From NCBI GenBank assembly GCA_951406725.2, contig OX597832.1, forward strand, positions 48,050,001 to 48,114,000: a stretch of 64,000 nt of DNA, written 5' to 3'. This DNA comes from Octopus vulgaris (taxonomy: Eukaryota). Position 1 is the first letter of the stretch. Every line of letters starts with the position of its first letter. Made by a program: the position numbers and the translations under genes. Below the pieces are notes generated by a model. That model ran no database searches, was not told the origin of the DNA, and was given only the letters and a program-made list of their open reading frames with translations. Of this stretch, positions 35,810-49,631 are shown piece by piece.

Positions 35810-36742
35810 CCTTAGAGTGTAAGAAGGGTCAAAACTTGCATTAAGGCCTTCAATTGTTCAGCTCTCCCTAGAATTTTTATTTCAACTTCCATCTTGGCAC
35901 GAGAATTTAAGTGTTTAATACTTAACAGAACACAACCAGATCACTTTATAATAAAAACCAGCAAGGTGGGTTCCAAAATTACAAACTTAATAAAGTACTT
36001 CAACTTTTTGCTTGGCAATCACCTTGTGATTTTTTTTTTAATTATCAAAGTTTTTATCTTTGCTTTAAAGAAAAAAAAATAGAAAAAGAACAAAATAGAT
36101 GAATGAACAGCGTTAGAATCTATGAGATTATTTTATATATTTTTTCTTTATCTATCACATCCGGTTCTATTTTAAATATATCTAATCAAACAAAACTCTC
36201 ACCCCCAACTCCCAGAAATAGAACAAACCACAAAGTAAAGATTTTATTGGCTTATTTGGTAATATAGTTTAAAAGAAACTAAATTATATTACTCGCCACA
36301 CGATAATAACCAGCTTAAACCAACCACCTAGCGTGCTGTGTTTGGCTAAATTAATCCAAAGCTATGTAACTTTGCAATTATATGGTGGTGTTCTAATTAA
36401 TTGTGTTGAACAGTCAAGTATTTCTTTCAATTTAACAACAATGCCCAGAAGAGGCAAAATATAATGCAATAAAACAGAATCCAACTCCATTAGTGCATAG
36501 CTTTGTGTTTTGTATTTAAATTAAGTATAAACCCTGCAGTAATATGGTGACATTAATAGCATGTTCCAACACTTATTGCTCAAATTTAACTTTCAGACTA
36601 TTTTAATAGATATTTTTATTACTGGGGCAGGATAAATACAAAAAGTATAAATGCTATGTTTTTCTCTTTTTTATCATTAAGAAATTGCTTATGAAGAAGA
36701 AAATGGAAATATTATCTACATTAATGATTAAAGAGAAACAAA

Positions 36743-37135
36743 AGGCGCAAGAGTGGCTGCGTGGTAAGTAGCTTGCTAACCAACCACATGGTTCCGGGTT
36801 CAGTCCCACTGCATGGCACCTTGGGCAAGTGTCTTTTCGATAGCCTCGGGCCGACCAAAGCCTTGTGAGTGGATTTGGTAGACGGAAACTGAAAGAAGCC
36901 CGTCGTATATATATGTATGTGCGTGTATGTTTGTGTGTGTGTGTGTTTGTCCCCCTAGCATTGCTTGACAATCGATGCTGGTGTGTTTATGTCCCCGTCA
37001 CTTAGCGGTTCGGCAAAAGAGACCGATAGAATAAGTACTGGGCTTACAAAGAATAAGTCCCAGGGTCGATTTACTCGACTAAAGGCGGTGCTCCAGCATG
37101 GCCACAGTCAAATGACTGAAACAAGTAAAAAGAGA
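36743..37135 (+). mobile_element. SINE family 1
   Basis: Matches family 1. Confidence 0.85.
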
Positions 37136-37949
37136 AAAAAAGAAAAAAGAGAAAAATATGCAACAAGAAGTAATGCTTATTATTGCCACATCAATATGGC
37201 TGTTCCATCGGAATCAGCGCCACTGCTATTTCTAACTCCAGGAGGTGCCTCCTCCAGTTTGTAATCAATGCAATCTGCACTGGATGGGATCACCAGACCT
37301 TATGGTTTTGGGCTATTCGTGTCCCTTGTCAGTGGTGAACACCCGTCTGCTAGAGGTAAAATCTTTATTATGATCATGTGATCGAACATAGAAAAGGACA
37401 TAAGACAGACAAATACAAACTCTAACCCTAACCCGTCTGCTAGAGATAGCAGCAATTCGCTCCAGCTTGCAATATATAGAAAAACCAAGCAACAATTAGT
37501 GGATCTTTTCGGTTTGAACGGCAGTTTTTTTAAAATAATTTCCACGTAACTAAACACTTTTGAACTTCGTATACTAGTAGAATGTGTTTATAAAACATCT
37601 CTTTCTCTTGGCTTTGAGACCCCAGTTGAACCGTCCAACTCATGCTAGCATGAAAAAAGGACGCTAAACGATGATGACTAGCATTGTTTTAATGGTCCGC
37701 TTTTCCATGTTCGTATGGGTAGGATGCAGTTTATTACGGCAGATTTTCTATGGCCAAATGTCCTTCCTGTTGCCAACTATTACCTGTGTTGAAGTAAGGT
37801 AATATTTCCTCATGGCCCAACAAGTTTTTGCAAATCAAAAATAAAGGACATCCATTTACAAGAAGCACAAGTCAAGACCATACACACAAATGGACTTCAT
37901 GCAGTTTCTACCTACTGAGACCACTCAAAATTTTGGTCAGCTCCGAGCA

Positions 37950-38168
37950 TTATCCTTTTCGTTACCAACCCGGCTGAAACTGGCTCTGAGTACAAATGTC
38001 ATGTTTTCATAAGTTTTGAATTAAAATCTTCCACCAAACCTTTGTCATAATTTATGTTCCTAACACTAGCTGAATGATAAAGTTATTTTACTAAATTCTT
38101 TGTTATATTTAAAGTAATTGAAAGAAACACAAAGCATCTCAAAATAAATACAGTAATGAAAGGGTTAA
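37950..38168. mobile_element. piggyBac-like MITE family A
   Basis: Body and right TIR intact. Confidence 0.75.
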
Positions 38169-39723
38169 AAGAAAATACTTGCTAAGTGTGCCATACAGTG
38201 GGACTGAACCTGAAACCACAAGGGTTAGGGAACAAACTGAAAGAAGCTGACTATATGCAGATGGTGGGGTTTACTTGACTCGTAAACAAGAGTCACCATC
38301 ACCCAAGAGGTGTACCTGGCTTTCAATTTTCCATGAAAACATGCCTGGCCCTTGAGAAATATTACCTTACTTGGAATCAAGTGAAGGTTCCCAACAGGAA
38401 GGCAGTCTGGGTGTAAAAGGAAAAAAAAGGGGCCTTAACGAATTTCGTTTGACTCATGCAGAATTGGAAAAATGTTAAAGTTGACGACAATAATAGTTAC
38501 CTACTGCAATGATCATGTATAAAACACTACAAGTTAGGGTACAAGGATTTTGGAGGAAATTATCACCCCCACCCCCTGCCGCCCCAAGATGCATATATAA
38601 TGTAAGGCATGGATTTTTTGCAGCACTCATTCACCTTAAAAGTCAATGTGAGCTTTTTATTTTTTTTCTTATAGCTCTAGAATCTTCTGGTTGTCTACCT
38701 GTTTCATCTTTTTCTTTATAACCTAGAAATAAAAATAAAAAAACTCCCACACCACATACAAAGGGCTCAAAAGTTTTATCACTCACTATCAACAGTCTCC
38801 ATAAAAGACAGGAAGACTATAAAAATAAAAATCCCTCCCCCCCCCTGAACAAACTTAACATTGAATAGTAGAGAAGCAGAAAGAAAGAGAGAGAGAGAGA
38901 GGGGGAGAAGGGGGAAAAGAGTATGAGAGATTTTTCCTTGTACTATATACTACATATAAGTCAATACTGTATCACTTGACAAAGTTCACAGATTAAAAGC
39001 AAATAAAATAAAGTAAAATACCAACTGAGATTTGTCTACAAATATAAAAAAAACAAACTATAAATCCTTTGAACAGAGACAGATGGAAGTGAATTTAGAT
39101 AAAAGTAGTAAAAAAAAAATTAAAAAAAGCAATAGTATCATCCACCCCCCCATCCCACCCCAACACAGCTAGACTGTTGTAGTCATTAACATATTTTTAT
39201 GTGTATGTGTGTGCGTGTGAATGCGCGCACGAATGCGTGTGTGAATGTGTGTATGTATAAGTGTGTGTGTGTGTGTGTGTGTTGTTTCAGCCATGCTGAG
39301 TTGCATTTTTAGTTCCAGTACCATCTTTTTTTTTTTTTGTTGTTTAAACCTTTGCTGAACAGTTGCTAAGTTACGGTGGTGGTGGGGGAAGAGTATAAAC
39401 ACACCAACACCGGTTGTCAAGTGGTGGTGGTGGTGGGGTAACTGTCGAAAATATTCTTTCACTAGTTTCAGTCATTTGGCAGTGGCCATGTTGGAGCACC
39501 GCATTCAGTTTTAGTTATATATACATGGGTGTATAATATACACATATGTGCATATATACATTACATGTAATGTATATATGCACACACACACACACACACA
39601 CTCATTATGCTACTAAGAGTAACACACACTTCTTACTTTTCAGTAAACCATTTTCCTAGTAGTAGGTTGTTCCAATGTAAAATCTGGTAATATCTTTGAG
39701 ATAACCATCTTACATCACCTTTG

Positions 39724-39973
39724 AAAAAGTGCACCCTTTTAAAGCCTAGCCAGGCTCATGGGCCCAGTTTCAATGGCGTATGTGTTCCCCAGTTGGATGG
39801 AACGACAGTCCATCGCAGCGTTACTCATTTTTGCCAGCTGAGTGGACTAGAGCAACGTGAAATGAAGTGTTTTGCTCAAGAACACAACGCATCGTCCGGT
39901 CCAGGAATCGAAACCACAATCTTACGATCATGATGCTGACACCCTAACCACTAAGCCACGCGCCTCCACACAG
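39724..39973 (-). mobile_element. SINE family 3, full length with 12-bp TSD
   Basis: TSD acatcacctttg at 39712-39723 and 39974-39985; tRNA-like head tggcttagtggttaggg...gtttcgattcc. Confidence 0.85.
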
Positions 39974-41139
39974 ACATCACCTTTGGCTTTAGGTTAATTG
40001 GCTTGGATAATGAGTTCTGTGTTGTGCAAGTTGTTCTTGACTTAAATTTCATGCAGACATTGTGGCAATTTCCTATTTTCTAACGAGTGAATGTGTGTGT
40101 GTGTGTGTGTGTGTGCAAATATACATTACATGTAATGTATATATGCACATGTGTAAATTATACACCCATGTATATATTACGAAAAGTGGTCTGCTGGAGA
40201 AGACCTCGTTTAATTTCAAGTCTGGGAAAAACAATTGTAAGGTAATAAATATGTGAGCGAGATTTGCATAGAAAATATTTTTCATTTTTAACCTCGTATA
40301 TAATACGCACTAGGGATTTTGACCTTCAAATTTTTTTTGGGGGAAAATGTGGATTATACACAAGGATTTATGGTACCAAGGCCAGGTTTGTAACAAAAGG
40401 GCTGTTTCCAGTTCTCTTAGAGCACTTGTCCTCCCCTTAATCAGTGAGCCTTAAAAAAGGAGTGCCACAGAGTGCACTAGGTATTCATTGAGTGGGTGGA
40501 ATGTTATGAGTTTTCTAGAAATTAAAATACTTAAACCATGTAACAATACTATTTGAAATACTTTTTCAAAAAGTTCTTGGTTGAGATTAAATATGAACAG
40601 AACACATTATCAGCAAACAGAAAAATGTCTAAAGATGCACTAAGGTTGAATATGATTTTATTAAGTCCCTGTCTTTAGTCATTTCTATGTAATTATTTAA
40701 CACACAGAGAGTATTAGTTCACATACACAGAGAAGCACATGTTGGATGGAATAAATATCAATTTCATTAAACCCTTTTGTTATATTTCGACTGAAATACA
40801 GTGCTTGAATGCCAATTAATTTTGAAAATCATTTCAGTAAAAGATTTGTCATTAAGCTGATCTTCAAAAATATTAACATGAAATTTTGATCCCTTCAAAC
40901 ATGAAGTCTGTATCAGAGCCAGTCTCAGGTGGGGGGTTGGTATCAAAAGAGGAAAGCATGAGTATGGGGACATGCGCTATAACAGCATGTTGCTACATCG
41001 ACCCCCTACCTCAAACCTCTTTTAGTCCCCTTTAAACAAGAGAGGGAAACACTAGGTTTATTCTTTTGTATGCTGGACCCTCTTAACACTAGAGCAATGT
41101 GAAATAAGTTGTAAGAACACGATACACTCCCTGATCTGG

Positions 41140-41559
41140 GATATGGCCGGTTTAAATGCTAAAGGGTTAAACCAGCCATATCCAACCCTAATCTGACCAG
41201 TTTTGTTTTCAAACTGACCAGATCTGGCCTCTTGCATTTTCCCTTACAATGTTATTCTAAAAATAAACATTTAATTCTCAAAGCTATAAGATATAGGATT
41301 AATTAAAAATAATGTAAATAAATAAGCATTGCATTTGACAGAATAATCTGAATGCTAAAGGGTTAAAGTGAAAATTTAGAATCAGTTAACCCTTTAGTAT
41401 TCAGATTACACTGTTAAATGTAATATATTTTTATTCAAATTTTTTGAATTCATCAAGCATTATCTTATAGCTTTGAGGTTTCAATGAATATGATTATTTT
41501 TAGAATGGCATTGTAGGTTAGGTGAGCTAGATATGGCCAGTTTAAACACTAAAGGGTTA
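41140..41559. mobile_element. Cluster of family B MITEs in opposite orientations
   Basis: Three aaagggttaa / ttaacccttt ends. Confidence 0.7.
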
Positions 41560-42699
41560 AATTGATTGGTTCAAGGTAGCATTTCATAACTCGTTTACTT
41601 TATGAAACCCTTGATTTCTATTCCACGTTTCATGGAATTGCTACAAAAAAATTATTTATCTCTTTTTTTTCTTTCTTTTCACAAAGTTAAATTTCATAAG
41701 AAAATGAACAAATGAAACGTCTTTGAATCCATTAAACATTAAGAGATTTTTTTTAAAGATTTCATTTTAAGCAAGGCCCTGTTCTCAACAAATCCCTGGT
41801 TGAAGTCATTCTTCTGAAGGACGTCTACTTACAGATGCCAAAATTTCTCGATTTTAGAGAGGAGAGGGCAGGAGGAGAGAGAGAGAATTATGAATGTAGA
41901 CTTAAGCACAAAAACGACTCCAAAATGCATGCGTGTGTATGCATGTACTTTTCATAATCTAAAATCGTAAATTGCTTTCGCGACATGTGTATAACACACA
42001 CCACCTTGCATTTCATACTGGGAAGTAAGGTTGGGTTTGAAATCCTCAGGCTAAATACACACACAATGCAGTTTGTCACATCCAGTGATTTCTTACAGAA
42101 CTGTAAGGTTCCAGTGTACACCCTAGTTACGAAACTTTGGTTGAAAGTATACCTGCCATTTCAAATTCTTAAAATATTGTGGTGCACTAAATGTGTAGTA
42201 GTAGTAGTAGTGCAAATTTAAAGGTGAGTAATGCAATGAATAATCGTTATTTATTTAATCTTGATTCAAACTGTAAAAAATTTTTTTTAATTTTTAGACT
42301 CCTAAATGATGTAAATTTTAAAACCAAAAATTCTAACGAATATAATGCAATTACTGAAAGAATTAATAAAGCTATGAATTCACTTAATCTAAAAATGCTT
42401 TAGAAAAGTTTTTAATATTTGGTATGGTATTCTAAGGCAAATCATTTATTTGATAATCCCACAAAGATCTGCTGTGACTGGAAAATGTGAAAGCTTAGAG
42501 ACAATTCAGAATTGTCCAACTATAGGCTGAAATTATGCTCAGCAAACAATTGCTCACCAAGCTATGGACACCTTCAGTGAAACTGGTCCCTCCCTATTCT
42601 GACTGTTCTCAAACCAGTGCAACCCTGAAAACTATAGTTCATCAATAAAGATCAAGAAAGTGACCTGCAAACAATGTGAATGGCATTTAACAGAAATAC

Positions 42700-42932
42700 C
42701 TATTTCTTTACTACCCACAAGGGGCTAAAAACACAGAGGACAAACAAGAACAGACACAAGGATTAAGTCGATTACATCGACCCCAGTGCATAACTGGTAC
42801 TTATTTAATCGACCCCGAAAGGATGAAAGGCAAAGTCGACCTTGGCAGAATTTGAACTCAGAACGTAGTGGCAGACAAAATACCGCTAAGCATTTCGCCC
42901 GGCATGCTAACGGTTCAGCCAGCTCACCGCCT
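42700..42932 (-). mobile_element. SINE family 2
   Basis: Reverse copy flanked by ttaacagaaatacc repeats. Confidence 0.8.
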
Positions 42933-43309
42933 TTTTTAACAGAAATACCACAGGCAGGTTAATGTTGCATCAAAAACTGAAGAGTAGTTTGGGTCTGTGA
43001 GATGCAATGCTCTTAAAAATGCACAGGTCTCTGAAAAAATTGAGGCATTAATGGTTAGAAAATTTTGTGGTTGTAAGAGCTGAAACTGAATGCGTCTGAT
43101 AATCAAGTGCATCTCCAACATTAAGAGATCCTGTGGAGAGTCCTGCTTCCATGTATCAAAAAACAATTTGGGCCAGATGTGAATTTATCAACATGAGCAG
43201 AACTTGTGGAAATTCCACAGTATAAGTCAGCACTTTTGAAAACCTTGTTGGTATATTAAATACAGGCAGTTTGAAAAACTTTGATATCCTGCCATTTAAT
43301 TAATGGCTT

Positions 43310-43592
43310 GCGATCGTAAGGTCATGAGTTCAATTCCTGGCAGCGTGTTGTGTCCTTGAGCAAGACACTTTATTCCACATTGCTCCAGTCCACTCAGCTG
43401 GCAAAAATGTTGTGTAGTGCCTGTATTTCAAAGGGCCAGCCTTGTCAAACGCTGTGTCATGCTGAATCTCCCCGAGAACTATGTTAAGGGTACACTTGTC
43501 TGGAGTGCTCAACTACTTACGTTTATTTCACGAGCAAGCTGTTCCGTTGATTGTATCAGCTGGGACCCTCGTCGTCGCAACCGACGGAGAGC
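43310..43592 (+). mobile_element. SINE related to family 3 (ccttgagcaagacactt block)
   Basis: B-box gagttcaattcc; central block shared with the 39724 copy. Confidence 0.65.
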
Positions 43593-43604
43593 TCCATGCC
43601 ATGA

Positions 43605-43821
43605 CTAACCCTTTAGCGTTCAGATTATTCTATCAAACATAATGCCTATTGATTCACATTGATTTGAATTAATCATGCATTATCTCATATCTTCAAGATC
43701 TTGATGGTGTAATTACTTAATGTAGAATAACATTGTAGGGTAGGTGTGAGAGCCTGGATCTGGTCAGTTTGAACATAAAACAGATTAACTATTTTGGCCG
43801 GATTAAATACTAAAGGGTTAA
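43605..43821. mobile_element. piggyBac-like MITE family B
   Basis: taaccctttagc...tactaaagggttaa. Confidence 0.8.
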
Positions 43822-44395
43822 AAATAAAAGTGAAATGAATTTTGCATGTATTGCTTATTTGTCCCCTTGTAATACGTTTGACAGATATGATGTCCTTTAT
43901 AGTTTAAGGAAATAAAAGATCAATTAAAAAGAAAGCATTATTGATTAACTGTTTAAATATTTACAAAGTAAATATAAATATGTTTTTTGTATATGATTAT
44001 ATGTACATAAAAAATGAGCTTACTGAATTAGATACAAACATTTTGCATTACAAATGTAACTATACAAACTGTGACACACATATAGAAACAGAAATACAAA
44101 ACAAACCAATTTAAATGTGTATTAAAAAAGCATGGTATGTGATCACGAAAAATACTTTACAAACTGTATGAACTAAATGTAATATGAATGACATCCATAT
44201 GAGATTACTAAAATTCTAGATTTACTCTCAACACTATTATTATACAGAAGGTTTTTCCTAAGAGTTTTACATTCTTATTTGTCTTGTCTTTGGTCTCAAC
44301 TACTTTTACTGCCACATCAAATAATTTCCTGGCCCTAGAAAATGTCACATAATTGCCCGTGCATTGAGCGAGGGAATTTTAAAAATAGAAAATTA

Positions 44396-44419
44396 AAGAA
44401 GCCCATCGTATATATGCAC

Positions 44420-44452
<33 letters not shown>

Positions 44453-44660
44453 CATGTATGTTTGTCCCCCTGGTATTGCTTGACAACCGATGCTGGTGTG
44501 TTTATGTCCCCCGTTACTTAGCGGTTCGGCACAAAGAGACCGATAGAATAAGTACTGGGCTTACAAAAGAATAAGTCCCGGGGTTGAGTTGCTTGACTAA
44601 AAGGTGGTGCTCCAGCATGGCCGCAGTCAAATGACTGAAACAAGTAAAAGAGTAAAGAGT
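44396..44660 (+). mobile_element. SINE family 1, 5'-truncated
   Basis: 3' half only. Confidence 0.8.
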
Positions 44661-44896
44661 GTAAATTACATTTTTTGTTTTTACTGTCCAACCACCAAGA
44701 AGGCTAAATCCAAATAATTTACCAATTGAGATTTTTATTTCAATTGTGCAATCTATCAATTTGTATATTTATTAATTAATATTTCTAAATTGCATAGCTT
44801 TTAATATATTGATATGCTCATCTACCTGTCGACTTACCTGTCCATGTCTAAGTAACTATCATATCTACTTTCCCGCTAGGCAAAATATGTGTATAC

Positions 44897-45306
44897 TCTT
44901 TACTCTTATTTGTTTCAGTAATTTGATTGTGGCCATGCTGGAGCACCGCCTTTAGTCGAGCAAATCGACCCCAGGACTTATTCTTTGTAAGCCTAGTACT
45001 TATTCTATCGGTCTCTTTTGCCAAACCGCTAAGTTACGGGGACATAAACACACCAGCATTGGTTGTCAAGCGATGTTGGGGGGTACAAACAGATGCACAA
45101 ACATATACACACAACACATACATATATATATATACACATATACGACAGGCTTCATTCAGTTTCCGTCTACCAAATCCACTCACAAGGCTTTGGTCGGCCC
45201 GAGGCTATAGTAGAAGACACTTGCCCAAGGTGCCACGTAGTGGGACTGAACCCGGAACCATGTGGTTGGTAAGCAAGCTACTTACCACACAGCCACTCCT
45301 GCGCCT
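44897..45306 (-). mobile_element. SINE family 1
   Basis: Full-length reverse copy. Confidence 0.85.
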
Positions 45307-45336
45307 ATGGTTACTTTCATGACACTGATAAGCATT

Positions 45337-45790
45337 TAACCCTTTAGTATTCATGTTATTCGGTCAAAAGTAATGCCTTTTTATTCACTTTGTTTTCAGT
45401 TAATCCTGCATTATCTTGTAGCTTTGAGATTTTGATGAAGTAACTATTCATTTTTAGAATTATATAGTAGGGCTGGTGTGAAAGGCCAGATCTGGCCAAT
45501 TTGAACATAAAACAAGGGAGAATATTTTGGCCGGAATATGGCCAGTTTAAATGCCAAAGGGTTAACCCTTTCAATACCAACCCGGCTGAAACCAGCTCTG
45601 GCTCTGTAGTATAAATGCCTTGTTTTCATAAGTTTTGAATTAAAATCTTCCACCAAACCTTAATCACAATTTATGTTCACAACACTAGCTTAACGATGGC
45701 CAAGTTATTTTATTAAATTCTTTGTTATATTTGAAGTAATTGAAAGAAACACAGAGCATCTCAAAATAAATACAGTAACGAAAGGGTTAA
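45337..45790. mobile_element. MITE B and MITE A joined back-to-back through one shared TTAA (45562-45565)
   Basis: Junction gccaaagggTTAAccctttcaatacc. Confidence 0.8.
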
Positions 45791-45932
45791 ACCCAATTTA
45801 TAAAAATGGATAGCAACAGTGCTTCACCATGGCACAGATTTTGGTTTGGAACAAAAAAAATAAAAGATGAGTTCCACAGCTACTTGCTCACTAAGGTTAT
45901 TCCACTTAATTCAAGTGTTGATATATCTTTTT

Positions 45933-46161
45933 TTAACCCTTTTGTTACCGTATTTATTTTGAGATGTTCTGTGTTTCTTTCAATTACTTTAAATATTACA
46001 AAGAATTTAGTAAAATAACTTAGTTATCATTCAGCTAGTGTTAGGAACATAAATTGTGGCTAAGGTTTGGTGGAAGATTTTAATTCAAAGCTTATGAAAG
46101 CAAGACATTTGTACGGTGGAGCCAGAGCCGGTTTCAGCCAGGTTGGTAACGAAAGGGTTAA
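45933..46161. mobile_element. piggyBac-like MITE family A, inverted relative to the 45562 copy
   Basis: TIRs and TTAA ends. Confidence 0.8.
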
Positions 46162-46691
46162 AGTATAAAGTTATACATATTCATGGTTTTGTTTCATTAT
46201 GTTAAAAACATTTTGGTTGCACCTGCAATTTTAATGCACAAATGCAGAGATATAGACCAGGGCAGGCTAACCTGAGGCCTGCAGAATTTTATCTTGCGGC
46301 CTGCTTGATACTTTCTTGAAATGGGTTTATTCAAACGAATATTTTTAAAATCTTATCAAAAATTAAAGATTGTAATGAAAAGTGAAAAAGAAAGATAGTG
46401 TTTTTGCAACGATAATATTCCATGTTGAATCAACAATTATTTAGTCATTCATTCATTATTGTAATTATAGCATGAGAAAGCAAAACGGTTTAATTTCTGT
46501 CAGTTTACAAGTGGCCCTCAAAAGACGAATTAAAGTGGCCAGCAATGTAACTTGATTTGGCCAGGCATGATAAAAACCTTCCTCCATTCACTATTTCGAA
46601 GAATATAGACCCCCACCTCTATTGTGCTTTCCCTCTCTATTTTCTCACTGTTTCAACTATTCCCATTTCACTGTCTCCCCTTCCATTATCA

Positions 46692-47318
46692 TATTTCGTC
46701 TGCCGTTACGTTCTGAGTTCAAACTTCGCCGAGGTCGACTTCGCCTTTCATCCTTTCGGGGTCGATTAAATAAGTACCAGTTACGCACTGGAGTCGATAT
46801 AATCGACTTAATCCGTTTGTCTGTCCTTGTTTGTCCCCTCTGTGTTTAGCCCCTTGTGGGTAGTAAAAGAAATATTTCTATATTCAATTTACAACCTCCT
46901 TTGACGGAGCATAACACACAGATGGGTACAGGCAGAAATACTGGAACAAGCATAATATAAGTAATATAATGGCAACGGTGACAAAGCACTCAACAGGAAT
47001 AGTCAAGGAATTCATGGAAAGCAATAAAATAAGTATTATTACTGTGGCCAGCACCAATATCTTCAGATTTTAAGCCCAAAAGAAAACTTATAGAAACAGC
47101 TCACAGTATAATCATTTCTTTACTACCCACAAGGGGCTAAACACAGAGGGGACAAACAAGGACATATCGACCCCAGTGTGTAACTAGTACTTAATTTATC
47201 GACCTCGAAAGGATGAAAGGCAAAGTCGACCTCGGCAGAATTTGAACTCAGAACCTAACGGCAGACAAAATACGGCTACGTATTTCGCCCAGCGTGCTAA
47301 CATTTCTGCCAGCTCGCC
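46692..47318. mobile_element. Two family 2 SINEs in inverted orientation (46692-46873 +, 47115-47318 -)
   Basis: Both match family 2. Confidence 0.8.
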
Positions 47319-48261
47319 TGTCCGCTTTTCCATGTTTGCACGGATCAGACGGAAGGATGCTCTACATGTCACCAACCCTCACCTGTAATAATCTAAGCAA
47401 GGTAATATTTCCTGTGGCCAAATTATATTTTGAAGGAAGACTGGAAACTAAGAACATGATCGTTTTACCACCACCATGCGATCTCAAAGATGCATGTGCA
47501 CACACGTGACAAGGCTAGTTTTACTTTTAGTTTCCATTACCAAATCCACACAGGTTTTGGTCGGCAGTGAGTGGAGGATGGGTGGGCTATAACAGAAAAC
47601 ACTTTAAGTTACCAATATTTGAAAGGAAGCTGGAGAACTATATGACTATATAGCAAAAATACAAATTCAAAACAAAATTTTTTTTTTAAATAAAAAGGAA
47701 AAAATCCAGACTATGTCGTTAAAATAAGCCACATAGTAATTCTGTTTCGAGAAATTCCGGGTACTCAGCCAAGTAGAAATGCAATTTAATATATATCCTT
47801 TCTCTTTAATGCACACATTACATTTTGTTGGTTTCTCTCTCCCTGTGCGTGTGTGTGTCTGTGCGCACACACACGCGTGTGTGTATATTAAACGTTCCTA
47901 AATTGAGTGATGTTCAATATTGTCAGGTTATTGATAATGTCAACTACATTTTAAAATTTTGTTTAAACCTGGATTACATAAGAGCGAAAAAATTCTACTC
48001 GTACATATCGCTATACTTTTTTTTTTATGCGATATATAATACACATGCACAGATACAGAAATATCTATACATATCATTTAGCATCTGCTTTCCATGCTGG
48101 CATGGGTTAGACAGTTTGACAAATTGGTAAGCTGAAGAGCTGCACCGGGTTCCAATCTGATTCAGCATGGCTTCTACAGCTTGATGCCCTTCCAAATGGC
48201 TGTGTAGACTAAGAACCAAGTTTAATTATTAGCATTCATGTTCTTGTCACTTCATCTTTTA

Positions 48262-48773
48262 CTAGCACTATGACCCGGATTTAGCCTTCTTGGTGGTTGA
48301 ACAGCAAAAAAAAAAAATGTAATTTACACATTTTTTATTTTTAAAATTCCCTCAATGTATGGACAATTATATGTGGAATTTTCTAGGGCCAGGAAATTAT
48401 CTGATGTGGCAGTAAGAGCAGTTGAAACCAACGCTGGGTCATAGTGCTAGTGCATGCAGATACAGCTGCGTGCGTGCGCACATACACGTGAGTACTGTCC
48501 AAATCTCCGACCAATCACATACAGCATTCAATTGGCGTATCAAGTTTTGGGCATTTTGATTGGGTTTTGGATAGAAAATTCACAAAAAAGTCACTTCTAT
48601 TGATTTTTTAATGGCTTTGCGGGGTGACTGGGGAAATGTAAGGATGTGCATGACCAGCCTTGGACGGTTTTGAATGACCATAGAAAGTGCGAGCCCTCTA
48701 ACTGAAAAATTGTGGCTTTGTATAAAGGACACACACACACAGACATTTTGCTGTTTATATATTTATAGAGAGA
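48262..48773 (-). mobile_element. Non-autonomous Helitron with about 150 nt inserted in its 3' hairpin loop
   Basis: Same body as 16125-16492; the hairpin arms are separated by foreign sequence. Confidence 0.75.
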
Positions 48774-49242
48774 TGCAGCACGGATTTTTGTCAGTGAACA
48801 GGTCGCAGATTTTAGCGCCGAAAATATTTTGACAAATTAAACTTAAAGTGTTTCTTAAATGGCTTACAAACACCTTCCACGCTGCAATTGTTTTCGTTTC
48901 AGATCAAATTACTTGCTATGCGCGTACATCTCCCTATATTTATAGATAGAGATTAACCCTCATGGCCAACAGTTATCAAAAGTTTCTATGGAAGCCTGTG
49001 GACAGCGGCTGAAGAAGTCAGCAGTCACTGAAACACCCAGGTGTTCCACAAGATTACCCCAAGTGACCCAGAAGATTACTGCATATTTCCTTTAACATGT
49101 GGTATTTATGTCAAACATTTTATTGAACTGGAAAAAGAAGAAAAAAACCTGCTGTTGACATTTAGAACAATGTTATCAGTCTGTCAATTGTTTTTCAAGG
49201 TTGTCTTTACTGAGAGCAGTCAGAATATCTTGCTGAAGATGT

Positions 49243-49631
49243 TGCTGTTGAGCGTAGCGGTCTTCGTCCCAGAGCTCGCAAGATCACGCCTCTGTAGTGG
49301 GAGAAGTCCGAAACGTGGTCCTTTGCTATTCGTAAGACCCGCAGAAGAGAAAGCAGGTCACCCCCCCGACACCGAGAGCATCGACGGATGGATGAATGCG
49401 CATCCAGGCTCAGCGGTTGCGTAGGAAGTCGGGGACAAGCAACAGGAAGAAAGAGTGAGAGAAAGTTGGGGGCGAAAGAGTACAACAGGCGTCGCCACCA
49501 CCCCCTGCCGGTGCCTTGTGGAGCTTTAGGTGTTTTCGCTCAATAAACACACACAACGCCCGGTCTGGGAAGCGAAACTGATCCTCCGACCGTGAGTCCG
49601 CTGCCCTAACCATTGGGCCATGCGCCTCCAC
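49243..49631 (-). mobile_element. SINE family 4, full length, tRNA-derived, with 12-bp TSD
   Basis: TSD tgctgaagatgt at 49231-49242 and 49632-49643. Confidence 0.85.
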
